The translations under genes were made by a program, and so were the position numbers. From contig CADBXE010000007.1 in the NCBI GenBank assembly GCA_902798595.1, positions 1,800-65,799 of the forward strand: a stretch of 64,000 nt of DNA. The letters are read 5' to 3'. How positions within the stretch are numbered: position 1 is the stretch's first letter; each line of letters begins with the position of its first letter. A model generated the notes under the pieces. That model worked only from the letters and a program-made list of their open reading frames with translations, did no database searches and was not told the origin of the DNA. Shown one piece after another: positions 62,720 through 64,000 of the stretch. Source of the DNA: an uncultured Erysipelotrichaceae bacterium. Its GTDB lineage: Bacteria > Bacillota_I > Bacilli_A > RFN20 > CAG-826.

Positions 62720-62795
62720 AGCATACCTCTTTTCACGGTATACATCATATCACGAGGTATATATGTGTCAATAGTTTTTTTAACATTTTTTTCAT

Positions 62796-62826
62796 AAATA
62801 AAAGCACCCTATTTTACTAGGATGCT
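62796..62826 (-). terminator. Terminator after tRNA-Arg
   Basis: Minus strand AGCAUCCUA-GUAAAA-UAGGGUGCU followed by UUUUAUUUAU. Confidence 0.7.
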
Positions 62827-62839
62827 GTTTTCTACGCGC

Positions 62840-62917
62840 TGGTGCGCTTGACGCGATTTAAACGCGTGACCTCAACCTTCGGAGAGTTGCACTCTAATTC
62901 AACTGAGCTACAAGCGC
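62840..62917 (-). tRNA. trnR: tRNA-Arg (anticodon CCG) with atypical D-loop and T-loop
   Basis: GCGCTTGTAGCTCAGTTGAATTAGAGTGCAACTCTCCGAAGGTTGAGGTCACGCGTTTAAATCGCGTCAAGCGCACCA. All four stems pair. The T-loop is TTTAAAT and the D-loop is AGTTGAATTA. Confidence 0.85.
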
Positions 62918-62944
62918 AGTTAATATTATAGCGCATATTTTTTA

Positions 62945-63994
62945 TTATTTTTCTCTTAATAAGTTGTTATTGATGATAATTTCACCATACGCTTTACCTA
63001 ATTTATAAGCATCTGGTGTATTGTAATGGAATGTGTTATAGCCACCTTTAGCATCGTCACCGATTTCTAAACCTAGGCCGCCTTCTTCGTGGTTAGCGTT
63101 GATGCAGAAGTTTAAGTCTTCTTCGGATTCGTTAGCAATTTTTAATTTTGCTTTATTTGCAGCAGTCCCATAAGTTTGTGTACTTTTACCCTTGCCATCG
63201 TAGATGGTGCAGTCGATAAAGGCAATCTTATTTGGATCTTCATCAACAGCATAACTCTTAAATTCTTCACGGAAGTCACCAACAAGTGTTCTAGTGTATT
63301 GTTCATATTTAGAATCGCCACCATCGGATTCACCTTGGTGCCATAAGAAGCCTTTTAAGACTGGAACTTTGCCAGTTTCAGCAATTTGGTCTAAACATGC
63401 ATGTGTATATTTCTTTAATAAATAGAATAAAGACTTGGTTGGATCTTCATCACGTTTTGTCCAGTTAGGACCATCGTTTTTAGTAAAACCACTACCAGAG
63501 AAAGCACATTTCACTAAGTGCACTGGGTTTTCTTCGCTAGCGTGTTCAGCAATAGTATTGGCCAAGCCTAACTCAGGACCAAAGAAGATATCTTTCTTAC
63601 CTTGGACTGTATCACCAACACCCATACCGACTTTAGTTGGCTGGAAGTTAGGAGTCATTCTCGCTTCAGCGCTGGATTGATCAGGACTAGAAGAATGGGC
63701 TTGTTTCCAACCATTTGGATAGTAAAAGCCATAGTAGCTTGTTTTAACAGTAGGAATGCCTTCTGAAACAGGAGTATAGTCCATGCCTTCTTCTTGGAAA
63801 TAGTTTTTTAATAATTCTGTACCCTTTGGATGAACATAGTAGGTACTTCCTTCCATATTGGATTGACCAGAAAGAACGAAAACATCAACGTGGGTATTAT
63901 CTGGTTCTGGTTCTGGTTCGGCGTGATTACAAGCGGTTAAAGAGGTCGCTAATAAAGCGCCTAAAAACAAAAGTTTATTTGGTAATTTCATCAT
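62945..63994 (-). CDS. Lipoprotein, SGNH/DUF303 sialate-O-acetylesterase-like carbohydrate esterase
   Basis: Lipobox LTAC, then VFVLSGQSNMEG and WHQGESD, which are typical of the DUF303 esterase family. Confidence 0.7.
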   Translation of the reverse strand: MMKLPNKLLFLGALLATSLTACNHAEPEPEPDNTHVDVFVLSGQSNMEGSTYYVHPKGTELLKNYFQEEGMDYTPVSEGIPTVKTSYYGFYYPNGWKQAHSSSPDQSSAEARMTPNFQPTKVGMGVGDTVQGKKDIFFGPELGLANTIAEHASEENPVHLVKCAFSGSGFTKNDGPNWTKRDEDPTKSLFYLLKKYTHACLDQIAETGKVPVLKGFLWHQGESDGGDSKYEQYTRTLVGDFREEFKSYAVDEDPNKIAFIDCTIYDGKGKSTQTYGTAANKAKLKIANESEEDLNFCINANHEEGGLGLEIGDDAKGGYNTFHYNTPDAYKLGKAYGEIIINNNLLREK

Positions 63995-64000
63995 TACTCA

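Noticed and set aside
1-64000. Mollicutes-type genetic code (UGA = Trp).
   Set aside because: The tRNA-Trp has anticodon CCA. Many well-delimited genes end in TGA, including the response regulator at 5252 and the ORF at 20879. Conserved proteins are full length under the standard code.

Overview
AT-rich chromosomal segment from a low-GC monoderm bacterium. Gene content looks Bacillota/Mycoplasmatota-like (Acholeplasma- or Erysipelotrichia-type); this taxonomic guess is inference only. The standard genetic code is in use: tRNA-Trp has anticodon CCA and many long ORFs end in TGA. I support about 60 CDS, almost all on the minus strand, and 11 tRNA genes, all with encoded CCA and seven with C at the wobble position. 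There is no rRNA, CRISPR array, transposase or integrase. Content is mostly housekeeping and envelope genes: gmk, hflX, gltX, deoD, cdaA, DegV, two CNNM/TlyC proteins, two ABC systems, two P-type ATPases and many lipoproteins. Signalling genes include two tandem GGDEF cyclases, an HD-GYP protein, one two-component system, and PadR, GntR, ArsR and XRE regulators. The most interesting region is 21.9-26.6 kb. It holds a tightly coupled eight-gene operon encoding a compact Tad/archaeal-pilus-like type IV filament machine: a T2SSE-type ATPase, two half-size GspF-like platform proteins, two prepilin-like proteins, a membrane-anchored protein, a lipoprotein and a small sigma-region-4-like protein. 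Its last gene is a 55-codon pilin-like ORF that is absent from the supplied ORF track and lacks the canonical Glu5. No prepilin peptidase is visible in the window. Other notable items:
- a GGA-motif-rich terminated RNA candidate downstream of tRNA-Trp
- a yybP-ykoY-like Mn riboswitch in front of a P2-type ATPase
- a cdaA operon in which a degenerate Nudix protein and a NERD protein replace cdaR-glmM
- a repeat-flanked orphan gene beside tRNA-Glu
- a G-quadruplex/(GW)4 tract inside a clostripain-like surface protease
- a Cys-rich ArsR regulator with two operators
- a tRNA-Arg with a compensated A19:U56 elbow pair
All domain calls come from motifs I read in the translations. No database search was run.
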